Notes: generated from the letters alone by a model not told the origin. DNA of 64,000 bases from an uncultured Nitrospiraceae bacterium (GCA_963730935.1 CAVSTP010000002.1:224001-288000); one strand, 5' to 3'; shown: positions 1-9,945, counted from the first letter of the stretch. Program-made: numbers and translations.

Positions 1-1
1 A

Positions 2-403
2 TTTCTCGTTGAGCTGTGGGATATGGTCGTGCACGTTCAGGTCCTGGAAGAAACCAAGTTCATGCTCGGCGTCCTGGGATTGATCGACGTCACCATGGTG
101 GCCAATTTGCTGACCATGGTGATCATCGGGGGATATGCCACGTTCGTCAGCAAATTAAGCCTCGAGGGGCATCCGGACCGGCCGGATTGGCTAACCCACG
201 TCGATCCAGGCACGATCAAGGTCAAATTGGCAGCCTCGCTGATCGGGATTTCCAGCATTCACTTGCTCAAGGCCTTTGTGGACGTCGCGAACGAGAACCC
301 TGAGCACATCAAGTGGAAAATTTTCATCCACATGACCTTCTTGGGGTCGGCCATTCTCCTGGCCTGGACCGACAAGATTATGCAGAAGGATAAGAAGCAT
401 TAG
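2..403 (+). CDS. UPF0114/TIGR00645 (YqhA-like) membrane protein, 5'-truncated by window edge
   Basis: Frame open from base 2. Motifs LGLIDVTMVANLLTMVIIGGYATFVSKL and KVKLAASLIGISSIHLL are typical of the family. Confidence 0.85.
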   Translation, partial: FLVELWDMVVHVQVLEETKFMLGVLGLIDVTMVANLLTMVIIGGYATFVSKLSLEGHPDRPDWLTHVDPGTIKVKLAASLIGISSIHLLKAFVDVANENPEHIKWKIFIHMTFLGSAILLAWTDKIMQKDKKH

Positions 404-452
404 CCGTATGCACTCGTAAGGCCCTGGCCGTCGTTCTTGAACGAGGTCTCTC

Positions 453-1529
453 ATGAGCTGGCGCCCGGTCGCGCTTCCTCTACTCGGTCTCGGCCTGCTT
501 GCTGCAGGTTGCGAGGTGTCCGCCGTCGATCTTCGTGACAGTCTCGATCTCAACCAGGCCTCATTTCAAGACAAACTGGCCGCCCAGCAGGTCCTCATCG
601 ACGAATTTTCAGCCTGTACGGCACGGCCCTATGATGAGCGAATCGCGATCCCAGCCCACCAGTCCACCCCGGATGCCGGGGGCAAGCCCGACGGGCCCCT
701 GCAGGCGATTCACACCCTCATTGCACGCGTCAAGGAGGGACACCCTTCTCATGCGGAGTCACTCCAGATCCTTGAGGGGACACTTGCGGACTGGAAAGGC
801 ACCTCGTACCGGCGCCTGGATCTTCACAAGCTCCGGAAGGTCGTCGAGGTCATCAAGCAGTGGCATGTGCATGTTGATTTTGATGAAGATGCGCTGGCCG
901 AGGACGGGTCTCGCTTCGCCCAGTTGCTGCTGGCATATAACAAGGCCTACTTCGGTGACATCCGGTATACCGCGGGGCCGGGCACAGGCTCAGGCCTTCG
1001 GGCCGTCGCCCGGGTCACATCCGATGGCTTCATCGACCGCAATGGCAACGTCTGGAGGTTTCCGGGGCTCTCGGTCGAGGTGACCAAGGAGCCGGGACAA
1101 CGGCTGGCGGCGGCGTCCAGCCAAGTCGACTCAAGACGGATTGCCGCCGATTTGACTCGCGTGTTTCTCGAAGCCTTTTTTGATGCGGCCTTCCGGGAGC
1201 CGGCCGTCGAAGGCGCTACCGCATTGCGCATTCAGTGGAAGGCTGCCGGCCTCCCCTACCCCTCGTTTGGCGCCGATCATCCACCGATTCCTTTGAACGC
1301 ATTCGCACGCGTGACGCGCGATGCGCTTAGAGCCGAAGCCGCCGTCACATCCGAGGTGGGCAAAGCGGTCAGGGGAGGCAGCATCTTCAGCACGCAGAAT
1401 GAAACTCTGGCCGCCAGCTTGGAAACCGCCGCCGGCGTGATCGCGAAAAAGCTCTTCGAACATGGAGGCTTTTGTTATTTTCAAACCATCCAGCAGGGTG
1501 AACGACGGAAGGAGGGCATCAAAGACTGA
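453..1529 (+). CDS. Hypothetical lipoprotein
   Basis: 358 aa ORF with lipobox-like LLAAGC. Its stop overlaps the next start (TGATG). Confidence 0.7.
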   Translation: MSWRPVALPLLGLGLLAAGCEVSAVDLRDSLDLNQASFQDKLAAQQVLIDEFSACTARPYDERIAIPAHQSTPDAGGKPDGPLQAIHTLIARVKEGHPSHAESLQILEGTLADWKGTSYRRLDLHKLRKVVEVIKQWHVHVDFDEDALAEDGSRFAQLLLAYNKAYFGDIRYTAGPGTGSGLRAVARVTSDGFIDRNGNVWRFPGLSVEVTKEPGQRLAAASSQVDSRRIAADLTRVFLEAFFDAAFREPAVEGATALRIQWKAAGLPYPSFGADHPPIPLNAFARVTRDALRAEAAVTSEVGKAVRGGSIFSTQNETLAASLETAAGVIAKKLFEHGGFCYFQTIQQGERRKEGIKD

Positions 1530-2971
1530 TGAGACACGTTGCGGCCGTGCTCAGCGCCAGTATTCTCGTAACCGGATGCTTTGCCAAGATCCACGAACTC
1601 CCCTCGCAACCGGAAGGTGCCGAGGCGTTGTTCGCCCCCCTACCCGACCAGGATTTCATGGTGGGACTCGCCGTCTCCGGGGGCGGCAGCCGCGCAGCCA
1701 CGTTCGCGGCAGCAGCCTTGGAGGCTCTGGCTGAGCTCCCCGTTCAGGTCGGCACCGAAAAGCGCAGCGTTCTTGAAACCGTGAGCTACATGTCGAGCGT
1801 ATCCGGCGGCAGTCTGGCCACCGCCTACTATGTGACCAAGAAACCACCCAAGTCCGAACCAATGCTGGTCCAAGATGCACTTTCTCCTCGGTATCGTGAA
1901 TTCTTCTCCGCCTACAAGACCACCATGCAGTCGAATTTCCAGCGCAGCGCGGTGTTCCGCCAGCTCGTGTTCTTCCGGGCACTGAACCCGACAAAGCTCG
2001 CCTATTCGCTCTCCGAAGTCTGGGACAGCGAGTTTCTCGGGGACATGACCTTCGCACAACTGTATGAGCGGGAGCAGCGCGGCGACATCCCGCGCGTGAT
2101 CCTGAACGGCACCGTCTATAACTCCGGCCGACGCTTTGCCTTCACGACCTTGCCTGCCTCCGACTTCGACTATGACTTCATCGAGTTGCTGACGAAGGAA
2201 TTGAAGAAGCCCAATCGCCCAGTGCCGGTGACGCCCGAAGGGCTGGCCATCATTCAAAAAGGATTGGAAAAGTCCAGCAGGCAATTCCTGCCGCTCTCGT
2301 TCGAGCGGATTGGAGCCGATTATCGGAACCTTCGATTGTCGCTTGCCGTGGCCACGTCCGCCTCGTTCCCTCCCGTCGTCGGGCCGGTGACCTATCAAGT
2401 GGCCGGCCGGCCGGCCTACCTGCATATCGGCGACGGCGGACTCTTCGATAACCTAGGGACCGAGTCCCTCACAACCCTGTTTTTGAAGAAAATCCCGCAA
2501 GGTTCCTCCAAGAGTGGACTGATCATCGTCATCGATACGTCCTTTCCATTCGATGCAGGTGGCACCGAACTCGACAAGAGCGAGAAAGGATTCGAGGTGT
2601 TCCGTGACGATCCTTCACGCATCGTCGGCATCATGGAGGAACGGGCGAATACCTATCAAACGCTTCTCTGGCACAGCCTCAGAACGGAGGGGGTCGTGCT
2701 CCCTGATTTCGCCCATCTCAGGATCGAGGTGTTGAAACATGTCGACGCCGACTGGAGCGGCTATCAGGACCTCCCGGATGTCTGCCGTGAGGATTTTCCC
2801 CCTGATGTGACGCCCGCGCAGATCAAGCAGGCGGTCAGCCAGATTCCGACGTTGTTCAAAATCAAGACGCCTTGCCATGGCGCCTTGCTCGAGAAGGCGG
2901 CACGCAAAGTCGTCGAGCAACACCGGCCGCGGATCGTGAATTTCATCAAAGATCACACCCAGAAGCCTTAG
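1529..2971 (+). CDS. Patatin-like phospholipase, predicted lipoprotein
   Basis: Lipobox LVTGC, oxyanion motif SGGGSRAA, nucleophile motif SSVSGGS, catalytic DGG (IGDGGLFDNLG). Confidence 0.85.
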   Translation: MRHVAAVLSASILVTGCFAKIHELPSQPEGAEALFAPLPDQDFMVGLAVSGGGSRAATFAAAALEALAELPVQVGTEKRSVLETVSYMSSVSGGSLATAYYVTKKPPKSEPMLVQDALSPRYREFFSAYKTTMQSNFQRSAVFRQLVFFRALNPTKLAYSLSEVWDSEFLGDMTFAQLYEREQRGDIPRVILNGTVYNSGRRFAFTTLPASDFDYDFIELLTKELKKPNRPVPVTPEGLAIIQKGLEKSSRQFLPLSFERIGADYRNLRLSLAVATSASFPPVVGPVTYQVAGRPAYLHIGDGGLFDNLGTESLTTLFLKKIPQGSSKSGLIIVIDTSFPFDAGGTELDKSEKGFEVFRDDPSRIVGIMEERANTYQTLLWHSLRTEGVVLPDFAHLRIEVLKHVDADWSGYQDLPDVCREDFPPDVTPAQIKQAVSQIPTLFKIKTPCHGALLEKAARKVVEQHRPRIVNFIKDHTQKP

Positions 2972-2973
2972 CC

Positions 2974-5709
2974 ATGACCCATACCGGCCAGAATGATCCT
3001 TTTCCCCTTGCAACGGTTCTAGAAGCGGAATATGTCGCACTTCACGGCCGCATTCCTCCCACGACCACGGCGTCCGAGCCAGACCGGCTGGCTGCGCTGT
3101 ACGGGCACATCCACAACCTTCCTCAAAAGCGAACCGCGCTCTGTCTCTCCGGTGGCGGAATCAGAAGCGCCACGTTCGCGCTAGGTGTGCTTCAAGGACT
3201 TGCCCGGCTCTCGCTCCTGAAGCAGTTCGATTATCTCTCGACCGTCTCGGGCGGCGGCTATATCGGGAGCTGGCTCACCGCATGGATTCACCGCCATCCC
3301 GGTGGCGTCACCGGCGTCACGGAGGAATTGCGACGATCGCCTTCCAATACTCAGGATCCCGAGCCAAAACCGGTGAACTGGTTACGCCGGTATAGCAACT
3401 ACCTCACCCCGAGACTGGGATTGATGTCCGTCGACACTTGGACGTTGCTGGGGACTTACCTGAGGAACCTCACGCTCAATTGGCTGGTCTTAGTTCCACT
3501 CCTGGCGACGGGGCTCATGGCGCCGCGATTGCTGGTATCGATTCTTGACTGGGACGCGGCGGATCCCATGCCAGCCGCGCGGGCCATGTTCGTCATGGGG
3601 CTTCTCTTTGGACTGGTGGCGCTTACCCACCTCCACCTGTTCCGGCCCAGTCTCGATCAGTTGCGGACACACCCTCTGTGGAAACGGCTTGAGCGTCAGC
3701 AATGGTTTCTCATCGGCGGCCTGACTCCGCTGATGGCAGCGGCGCTGAACTTGACCACCGCGTATGCCTGGTATCGCAACGGAGGCGGCCGGCTCGACCA
3801 ACTCTCGGTGTTCGGCCTGGATAGCCGCGGCACCTTCGTGCTGGGGGGCGCAATCATGCACGGGCTCGGCTGGCTGATCGCCGCTGTGCTGCTGCGTCGC
3901 TGGCGTGGCATTAATCCGTGGCTGGCAGTCGAGTTTCTGGTGATTCTCTGGTCAGGCGCCCTGGGGGGCCTCTTCCTCTGGTCGGTGCTCGCGGAAACGC
4001 CTTCCGATATCCCCGTGAGCGAATTTGCGGAGTGGTACGGGACGTTTGCCGTCGCAGGCTTTCTGACCATGTTTCTCTTGACGGCGACGATTTTCGTCGG
4101 TGTGGCAAGCCGATATACGGACGACCACGATCGTGAATGGTGGGGACGAGCCGGTGCCTGGGTGCTCATTGCGAGCGTTATGTGGACGGGACTCAGTGGG
4201 CTGGTCGTCTTTGGTCCCGGCCTCCTGTCCTACACGCCTGCGCTTATGACGTCCCTTGGGGGACTCTCCGGGTTGATCTCACTGCTGCTGGGATTCAGTT
4301 CACGAACGAAAGCCACGGGCAAAGACAAGTCGAGCATGATGGACGTGGTCCTGGATCGAGCCGTTCGATTGGCTGCCCCGGTGTTCATCGCCTGCCTGCT
4401 CGTGATGATCACGCTCTTCTCGAGCCTACTTATGAAAGGAGTGGGCGGCCTCCACGGCGTCTCTGAGGGTTCTGCCATCGGGCTGCGGGTGCCCTCAGAC
4501 TTGTGGGGACATGCGGTCGTTCTCCACAACAGTCCGCCGTGGCTGGTGATTGAAGTCGCAGCACTCTTTGCCAGCTTGGCCGCAGCCTTGTCGCTGGTTA
4601 TCAACATCAACAAGTTTTCCCTGCACTCGATCTATCGCAACCGGCTCATCCGGGCATACTTGGGAGCCTCACGTCTGGCCGAGTATCATCAGGAGCGCAG
4701 GCCAAACCTCTTTACGGGGTTCGATCCCGACGACAACGTCGAGTTGCAGCAGCTGGCCACGGACCATTCGGCAGTCCGCAAGCCTTTCCATGTTCTGAAC
4801 ATCGCCATCAATCTTGTCAGGGGAGAGAACCTGGCCTGGCAACAGCGGAAAGCACAGTCGTTCACAGCCTCCCCGCTGTTTTGCGGAAGCTGGAACCTCG
4901 GGTATCGCCGCTCAAGCCAGTATGGAACCAACGGACAGCTCCATAAAGCCATCACGATCGGAACTGCCTTGGCGATTTCCGGCGCGGCGGCCAGTCCCAA
5001 CATGGGCTACCACTCGGCGCCGGCGGTTACGTTCCTGTTGGCCTTTTTCAATATCCGGCTGGGCTGGTGGCTGGGCAACCCCGGCCCCGCCGGACGCCAC
5101 ACGTTCAATCTTTCTTGTCCCCGGATCGCCATCCGTCCATTGCTGGCGGAGACATTCGGATTGACCGATGCCGCGAATCCTTATGTCTATCTCTCGGATG
5201 GTGGGCATTTCGAGAACCTGGGACTGTACGAGATGGTGCTTCGCCGCTGCCATTACATCGTCGTGAGCGACGGCAGCTGCGACGCAGACCGCTCCTTCAC
5301 GGATTTGGGCAATGCCATCCGCAAGATCCGGATCGACCTTGGGATCGATATCGAAATTGAGACGGAGTTGCTGGAGTTCCAGCCAGGCAGTCGGATGAGC
5401 CGCGCACACTTCGCCTTGGGGTTGATCCGCTACGACCGCGTCGATCACGGAGCGACGGCAGGACTGTTGATCTACCTCAAGCCATCTTTGACGGGGAATG
5501 AGCCGGCCGACGTGACCGAGTATGCCAACGGGCACGAAGAATTCCCGCATGAACCGACCGCCGACCAGTTTTTCGACGAATCACAATTCGAATCCTACCG
5601 CGCCCTTGGCTTCCACGTTGCCGAGAAGGTATTCACCCGTCCCATCACCAATCCGACTGGAGAAGCCGAGCAGATGTTCGAGCGGTTTCGATCCGCGCGC
5701 TCCGCGTGA
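2974..5709 (+). CDS. Patatin/cPLA2-like phospholipase with large central multi-TM region
   Basis: LSGGGIRSATF and STVSGGG at the N-terminus, LSDGGHFENLG at the C-terminus, many hydrophobic helices between. ATG at 2974 follows the previous stop. Confidence 0.85.
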   Translation: MTHTGQNDPFPLATVLEAEYVALHGRIPPTTTASEPDRLAALYGHIHNLPQKRTALCLSGGGIRSATFALGVLQGLARLSLLKQFDYLSTVSGGGYIGSWLTAWIHRHPGGVTGVTEELRRSPSNTQDPEPKPVNWLRRYSNYLTPRLGLMSVDTWTLLGTYLRNLTLNWLVLVPLLATGLMAPRLLVSILDWDAADPMPAARAMFVMGLLFGLVALTHLHLFRPSLDQLRTHPLWKRLERQQWFLIGGLTPLMAAALNLTTAYAWYRNGGGRLDQLSVFGLDSRGTFVLGGAIMHGLGWLIAAVLLRRWRGINPWLAVEFLVILWSGALGGLFLWSVLAETPSDIPVSEFAEWYGTFAVAGFLTMFLLTATIFVGVASRYTDDHDREWWGRAGAWVLIASVMWTGLSGLVVFGPGLLSYTPALMTSLGGLSGLISLLLGFSSRTKATGKDKSSMMDVVLDRAVRLAAPVFIACLLVMITLFSSLLMKGVGGLHGVSEGSAIGLRVPSDLWGHAVVLHNSPPWLVIEVAALFASLAAALSLVININKFSLHSIYRNRLIRAYLGASRLAEYHQERRPNLFTGFDPDDNVELQQLATDHSAVRKPFHVLNIAINLVRGENLAWQQRKAQSFTASPLFCGSWNLGYRRSSQYGTNGQLHKAITIGTALAISGAAASPNMGYHSAPAVTFLLAFFNIRLGWWLGNPGPAGRHTFNLSCPRIAIRPLLAETFGLTDAANPYVYLSDGGHFENLGLYEMVLRRCHYIVVSDGSCDADRSFTDLGNAIRKIRIDLGIDIEIETELLEFQPGSRMSRAHFALGLIRYDRVDHGATAGLLIYLKPSLTGNEPADVTEYANGHEEFPHEPTADQFFDESQFESYRALGFHVAEKVFTRPITNPTGEAEQMFERFRSARSA

Positions 5710-5739
5710 TCGACGCCCCTGTTCGGCCTGATTTGAGCA

Positions 5740-8229
5740 TTACGCCCAGGCAGGAGCCATTGAGCCATCAGACGACCGCCAGTGCGGCGTCCAGGCCAGT
5801 GAGACGAGCTTCACGGTGATATCGGCTTTGGCCGGCTTCAGTGATACCGGCTGGAGCTTTTCCTGCAATGGGTCGCTCGCCGCGGCGAGCGCCTCGCTTT
5901 CCGCCTTGAATTGTGCTTCGAGATCGGCCAATTGCTGCTGTAACGCGGCGACGTTCTCTTGCGCCATGCTCACATCCTGTGACTCCTTGAGCACGCGTCC
6001 GGCCCCGCGGATGGCCGTCGTGGCGCGGCCGATGTTGGTGGCGCTGATCGTCTTCCGTCCGAGAAATGCGCCCAAGATCGACGCTCCCACGGAGATGGCG
6101 GCCTGCATCTGACTCGATCGAGCCTCGGTCTGCTGCTTTTCTCTTTGCTGTTCCGCCCGCCTGACTCTCTCTTGCAGCGCTGCGATCTTCGGCGCGTATT
6201 TCCGTCGAAGCGAGTCGGCGCCCTTGTCCCGCTGCTCTCTGCCCGATTGTTGCAACCGGAGGCGGAAGTCTCTCTCTGACTCTCCCGGGTTGGACAGCTG
6301 CCCAGTGCTCGGACTGTTGAACAATTCGAGTTTTTGCGTTCGATACAGCCACCCTGCGAACTCTTTGGTCCAGGTCTCGTAGCTTTTTGCCTTGCCGGCA
6401 GCGGACGGAAGCCCGACGAACCGCGCCTCTTCATGCGGGGCCTGTTCGAGATCGGCCACGGTCGCCGGTGCCGGCGCGGCTTTCTCCCAATTGACGGTGA
6501 CGACGCCTTCGGACATCGGCACCAGCACCGTCACCTCTTGCGTCGTCTCGATCCCGCTCTTGCCGTCGGCGAAATGAACGTGGGACGACGCCAGCAGCAT
6601 CGGCGCATAGATCAATTCGCCGCCTTCCGGTTTCGTCCCGCGAATGGGCAAGAAGTGCTGTGGAACGTCCGGAGGCAGGATCGGACGCGGCGCTGTTCCC
6701 GCCTGTTGAGGACTGGAAGGAGCCGGAGTCCGCTCACGGCTTGATCCCGCAACGTCCGCCCTGCGTGCATCCATGAGCAGCTTGATCTGCGAGCGGGTCA
6801 GGGGGCCTCTCAAATACGAGAGACACCAGCGTGTTTCGAACACGACCGGTTCGTCTTCATGGACGTTGTTCATGAGGAAGATGCGGTTGCCGAGCCCCGC
6901 CAGCGTTTGCTCCATGCGGCCCCTATCGAACTTTTTTCCGGCGCTCGAGGAAGCCCCTTCCAAGCCTTCGAGCACACGGGCTTTGTCGCGCTCCGTCTGC
7001 AGACGGCCGATGAACCAGGTACCGGTGTTGGCCAACCCTTTGTAATCAAGGTCTACGGGATTTTGCGTCGCCAAGACGACGCCCAGGCCGAAGGCGCGTG
7101 CTTGCTTGAGCAAGGTCAACAGCGGGAGCTTGGACGGAGGATTGGCCACCGGCGGGAAATAGCCGAAGATCTCATCCATGTACAACAGCGCGCGCAAGCT
7201 GGTGGTCCCCGACTGCGCCCGCATCCAGCCGACCATCTGGCTGAGCAGCAGCGTGACGAAAAACATCCGCTCGGCGTCACTCAGATGCGCGATCGAAAAA
7301 ATTGCCAGACGCGGCTTGCCGGATGCCGTATACAGCAGTTGCTGAATGTCCAGCGGCGCGCCTTCGAGCCACGCTTGAAATCCGGGCGCAGCCAACAGAT
7401 TGTTGAGCTTCATCGCCAAGGCAAAACGGTCCTTCGAGGGGAAAAACGCCTCGACATCCATCACGCCGATCTTCGCCACCGGTGGCGACTGGATGCCCTG
7501 AATGACTGCGGCAAGGTCCAGATCGCTGCCCTGCCTCCAGGCATGGCCGAGAATCGTCGAGAGAAGGATATGCTCACGGCTTCGAATCGGATCGGCGTCG
7601 ACCCCGAGCAAGCCGAGAAGGCCGGTCACAGTCGTGCTGATCCGCTCGCGGAGCAATTCCGTGTCGTTGCGGACATCATCCTCGGGTGCGGCAAAGGATC
7701 TCAGAATGGAGACGGGCAGACCGGCATTACTCCCCGGCGTATAGATCATGGCCTCGGCAGACTCCTTGAGTCGCTGGATGCGTGCACCGTCCTGACCCCA
7801 TGCCGCTAAGCCCTTTTTCCAGAGGTCCGCTTGCCCGCTCGCATACTCGGCGGGGGACTGCCCTCTCTTACGCGCATCGTCTTCACTGATCCAGGGGAGA
7901 AAGTCTTCGCCCTTGAGAGCGGGAAACGTCAGCAGGAGATTGCCAAGATCGCCTTTAGGATCGATGATGATGGCGGGAATGTTGTCGATCGCAGCCTCTT
8001 CGAGCAATGAGAGGCAGAGGCCCGTTTTGCCACTCCCGGTCATACCCACGCAGACCGCGTGGGTCACCAGATCCTTCGAGTCGTACAACAGCCATCCTGG
8101 GTTCGCCCGCTTGGCAGGCAGATCATAAGGTCGGCCGAGGTAAAAGACGCCTAGTCGCTCGAAGTCCTGCGTATTCTTCGAGCCGCCGGCGGCTTCCTCC
8201 TTCGCCGGAGCAGACTTTTTGCGTGGCAT
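5740..8229 (-). CDS. HerA/FtsK-like P-loop ATPase (DUF87/DUF853-type) with C-terminal coiled coil
   Basis: Walker A GMTGSGKT, IIIDPKGD, Walker B LYMDE, RAFGLGVVLATQNP. Confidence 0.8.
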   Translation of the reverse strand: MPRKKSAPAKEEAAGGSKNTQDFERLGVFYLGRPYDLPAKRANPGWLLYDSKDLVTHAVCVGMTGSGKTGLCLSLLEEAAIDNIPAIIIDPKGDLGNLLLTFPALKGEDFLPWISEDDARKRGQSPAEYASGQADLWKKGLAAWGQDGARIQRLKESAEAMIYTPGSNAGLPVSILRSFAAPEDDVRNDTELLRERISTTVTGLLGLLGVDADPIRSREHILLSTILGHAWRQGSDLDLAAVIQGIQSPPVAKIGVMDVEAFFPSKDRFALAMKLNNLLAAPGFQAWLEGAPLDIQQLLYTASGKPRLAIFSIAHLSDAERMFFVTLLLSQMVGWMRAQSGTTSLRALLYMDEIFGYFPPVANPPSKLPLLTLLKQARAFGLGVVLATQNPVDLDYKGLANTGTWFIGRLQTERDKARVLEGLEGASSSAGKKFDRGRMEQTLAGLGNRIFLMNNVHEDEPVVFETRWCLSYLRGPLTRSQIKLLMDARRADVAGSSRERTPAPSSPQQAGTAPRPILPPDVPQHFLPIRGTKPEGGELIYAPMLLASSHVHFADGKSGIETTQEVTVLVPMSEGVVTVNWEKAAPAPATVADLEQAPHEEARFVGLPSAAGKAKSYETWTKEFAGWLYRTQKLELFNSPSTGQLSNPGESERDFRLRLQQSGREQRDKGADSLRRKYAPKIAALQERVRRAEQQREKQQTEARSSQMQAAISVGASILGAFLGRKTISATNIGRATTAIRGAGRVLKESQDVSMAQENVAALQQQLADLEAQFKAESEALAAASDPLQEKLQPVSLKPAKADITVKLVSLAWTPHWRSSDGSMAPAWA

Positions 8230-8332
8230 CGGTCCTCGATCCTAGAGAAAGGAAGGGCACAGCAACGGCGCATTGTATGGTGGGGACCGATCCGCTGCAA
8301 GGCCACGCATCAGGTCGTATTCTATTGCTGTG

Positions 8333-8378
8333 AAAAAGAGACGGAGGACCCGGGAGACGCGTATGGCCGCCTCCCGGG
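8333..8378 (-). terminator. Probable intrinsic terminator
   Basis: CCCGGGAG...CTCCCGGG inverted repeat (8349-8378) followed by a T-run on the minus strand, downstream of the crystallin gene. Confidence 0.55.
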
Positions 8379-8390
8379 CTGAGAGAGAAG

Positions 8391-8777
8391 TTAGCTGCCG
8401 CACGAAATCTTCATGGACTCGATATCGTTACTCATGTCCAGCTTCCCGAGCTTGGGAACGCGTTGCCCGGGGGCAAATGCGAGTTCCGTCCCCTTGAAAT
8501 CCTTGTCTGAGTAGGCCTTGACCCTGGCATTCGTACCCACGATCACGCTTTCGATGTCATTGTTCCAATTCTTGCCGCCCAAATCTTTTAGTGAAGCGAA
8601 TTCTTTCGGGCCTTGTATTTTGTAATGACCATCGTCCATGTCGAAGTTGTCATCGTCGAACACTTCGATATAACAATTCTTATCGATGACCTGCGTTTCC
8701 AGATCCGCGGCAAACGCCGGCGCGGCCCCAAACGCGATGGCGGCAAGTATCGGCAATCCAACCCTCAAAAAAGACAT
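8391..8777 (-). CDS. Secreted beta/gamma-crystallin domain protein
   Basis: Signal peptide ending AFA. Two Greek-key motifs (WNNDIESV, MSNDIESM). SD AAAGGAG. Confidence 0.75.
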   Translation of the reverse strand: MSFLRVGLPILAAIAFGAAPAFAADLETQVIDKNCYIEVFDDDNFDMDDGHYKIQGPKEFASLKDLGGKNWNNDIESVIVGTNARVKAYSDKDFKGTELAFAPGQRVPKLGKLDMSNDIESMKISCGS

Positions 8778-8966
8778 GATTTGCTCCTTTGTCGTTGTGT
8801 ATTGTGAATGAGCTGTCTCGGTCCGTGGTTAACGAAGAATGCCGAGAAACCACAGCAGTACCAACAGGCTCACCGGAACTCCGAGCAGCCACAAAATAAC
8901 GCCTTTCCCCATTGTTCCCATAAAGCACTCCTCCACAATTAGCGTTTGTACGACGGCAAGGTTCAC

Positions 8967-9392
8967 CTACTGCATCAGCGAAGGCTCTTGCGTCAGGACC
9001 TGGTTCAGCACGCTGACCATGCGCAGATGCGCGCGATTGTCCTCGCGCAGATCAGTAGCGAACAACTCCGCATGGCGCTGCTGCAAGACCTTGCCGAAGG
9101 CACCATGTTTTGCCTCAGGCACGCCGTACAGGGTGGCCAGCGACGCCACGTATTGCCCGCTTCCGGCCGCAGCCTCCTGGCGCAGATTTTCATATGCCAC
9201 TCCGGCGAACAGGTTGATCTTATGCTCCTGCTTCACCAGGCCATCTACCGTAAACAGGTCGTTCGGTGTAGTGCTCGAGAAAAAGTTCACAGTCGTGTCG
9301 ATCGTCGCCTTGGTCGTGTTGCAGGCGGCAAGGTTTAATCCAATCACGATCACTCCACAAGCAGTCAACACACGTGCCATCTGAGGTAACAT
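8967..9392 (-). CDS. DUF3015-like lipoprotein
   Basis: SD AAAGGAGG before ATG 9392, lipobox LAAC, motif YENLRQEAAAGSGQYVASLATLYGVP. Confidence 0.7.
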   Translation of the reverse strand: MLPQMARVLTACGVIVIGLNLAACNTTKATIDTTVNFFSSTTPNDLFTVDGLVKQEHKINLFAGVAYENLRQEAAAGSGQYVASLATLYGVPEAKHGAFGKVLQQRHAELFATDLREDNRAHLRMVSVLNQVLTQEPSLMQ

Positions 9393-9462
9393 CGCTCCTC
9401 CTTTCGCGTACAGGTCATGGCCCAAAACGTAATCACTAGCGAAACTCCCAGCTTTGTGAATA

Positions 9463-9478
9463 AGCAAAGGGCGGGCCG
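9463..9478 (-). promoter_or_regulatory. Candidate sigma-54 promoter (-24/-12)
   Basis: CGGCCCGCCCTTTGCT gives GG-N10-GC, about 70 bp upstream of the DUF3015 gene. Confidence 0.55.
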
Positions 9479-9583
9479 AAGTTGAAAGGGACCGATGCTG
9501 TGCGAGGTTACGTTACGGCTAAGTGATCTCCCTAGCGGAAATCACCAGATTTCTTACCTTGCCGCATTACAGTCAGGACAGAT

Positions 9584-9601
9584 TGTCCCTTTTTCGGGAC
9601 A
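9584..9601. promoter_or_regulatory. Candidate enhancer-binding protein site
   Basis: Palindrome TGTCCC-N6-GGGACA about 110 bp upstream of the sigma-54 motif. Confidence 0.45.
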
Positions 9602-9615
9602 GAATGGATGGACCG

Positions 9616-9945
9616 TTACCACTCTTTGAAGATCACAAAGACAGCGCCTGCCATCATGCTGAAGCCCAGCACATAATTCCATTTCAGCGGTTCTCGAAGA
9701 TACAGGACGGAAAACACACAAAAGACGGCGAGCGTGATGACTTCCTGAATCGTCTTCAACTGGGCAGCCGTGAAATCATAGTGGCCAATCCGGTTGGCGG
9801 GCACCTGAAAACAGTATTCGACAAAGGCGATGCCCCAACTTGCCAGGATCGCCATCCAGAGGGGAGTGTCTTTGTATTTGAGATGCCCCTACCAGGCGAG
9901 CGTCATGAAGATGTTGGAGATCGTCAGCAACAGGATTGTGTGCAT
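9616..9945 (-). pseudogene. DMT/DUF486-family small membrane protein with in-frame TAG at codon 19
   Basis: SD GAGGAGG, then MHTILLLTISNIFMTLAW*GHLK...EYCFQVPANRIG...QLKTIQEVITL. TAG at 9889-9891 replaces the Tyr of the family WYGHL motif. Confidence 0.8.

Noticed and set aside
1529..8229. Patatin + HerA as an anti-phage (CBASS or HerA-type) island
   Set aside because: The genes are convergent, not co-operonic. There is no cyclase, SIR2 or nuclease, and one patatin is an exported lipoprotein, unlike CapV.
9889..9891. Amber recoding (pyrrolysine or alternative code)
   Set aside because: TAG is a normal stop for many genes here and no pyl genes are visible. A single Tyr-to-TAG change is simpler.
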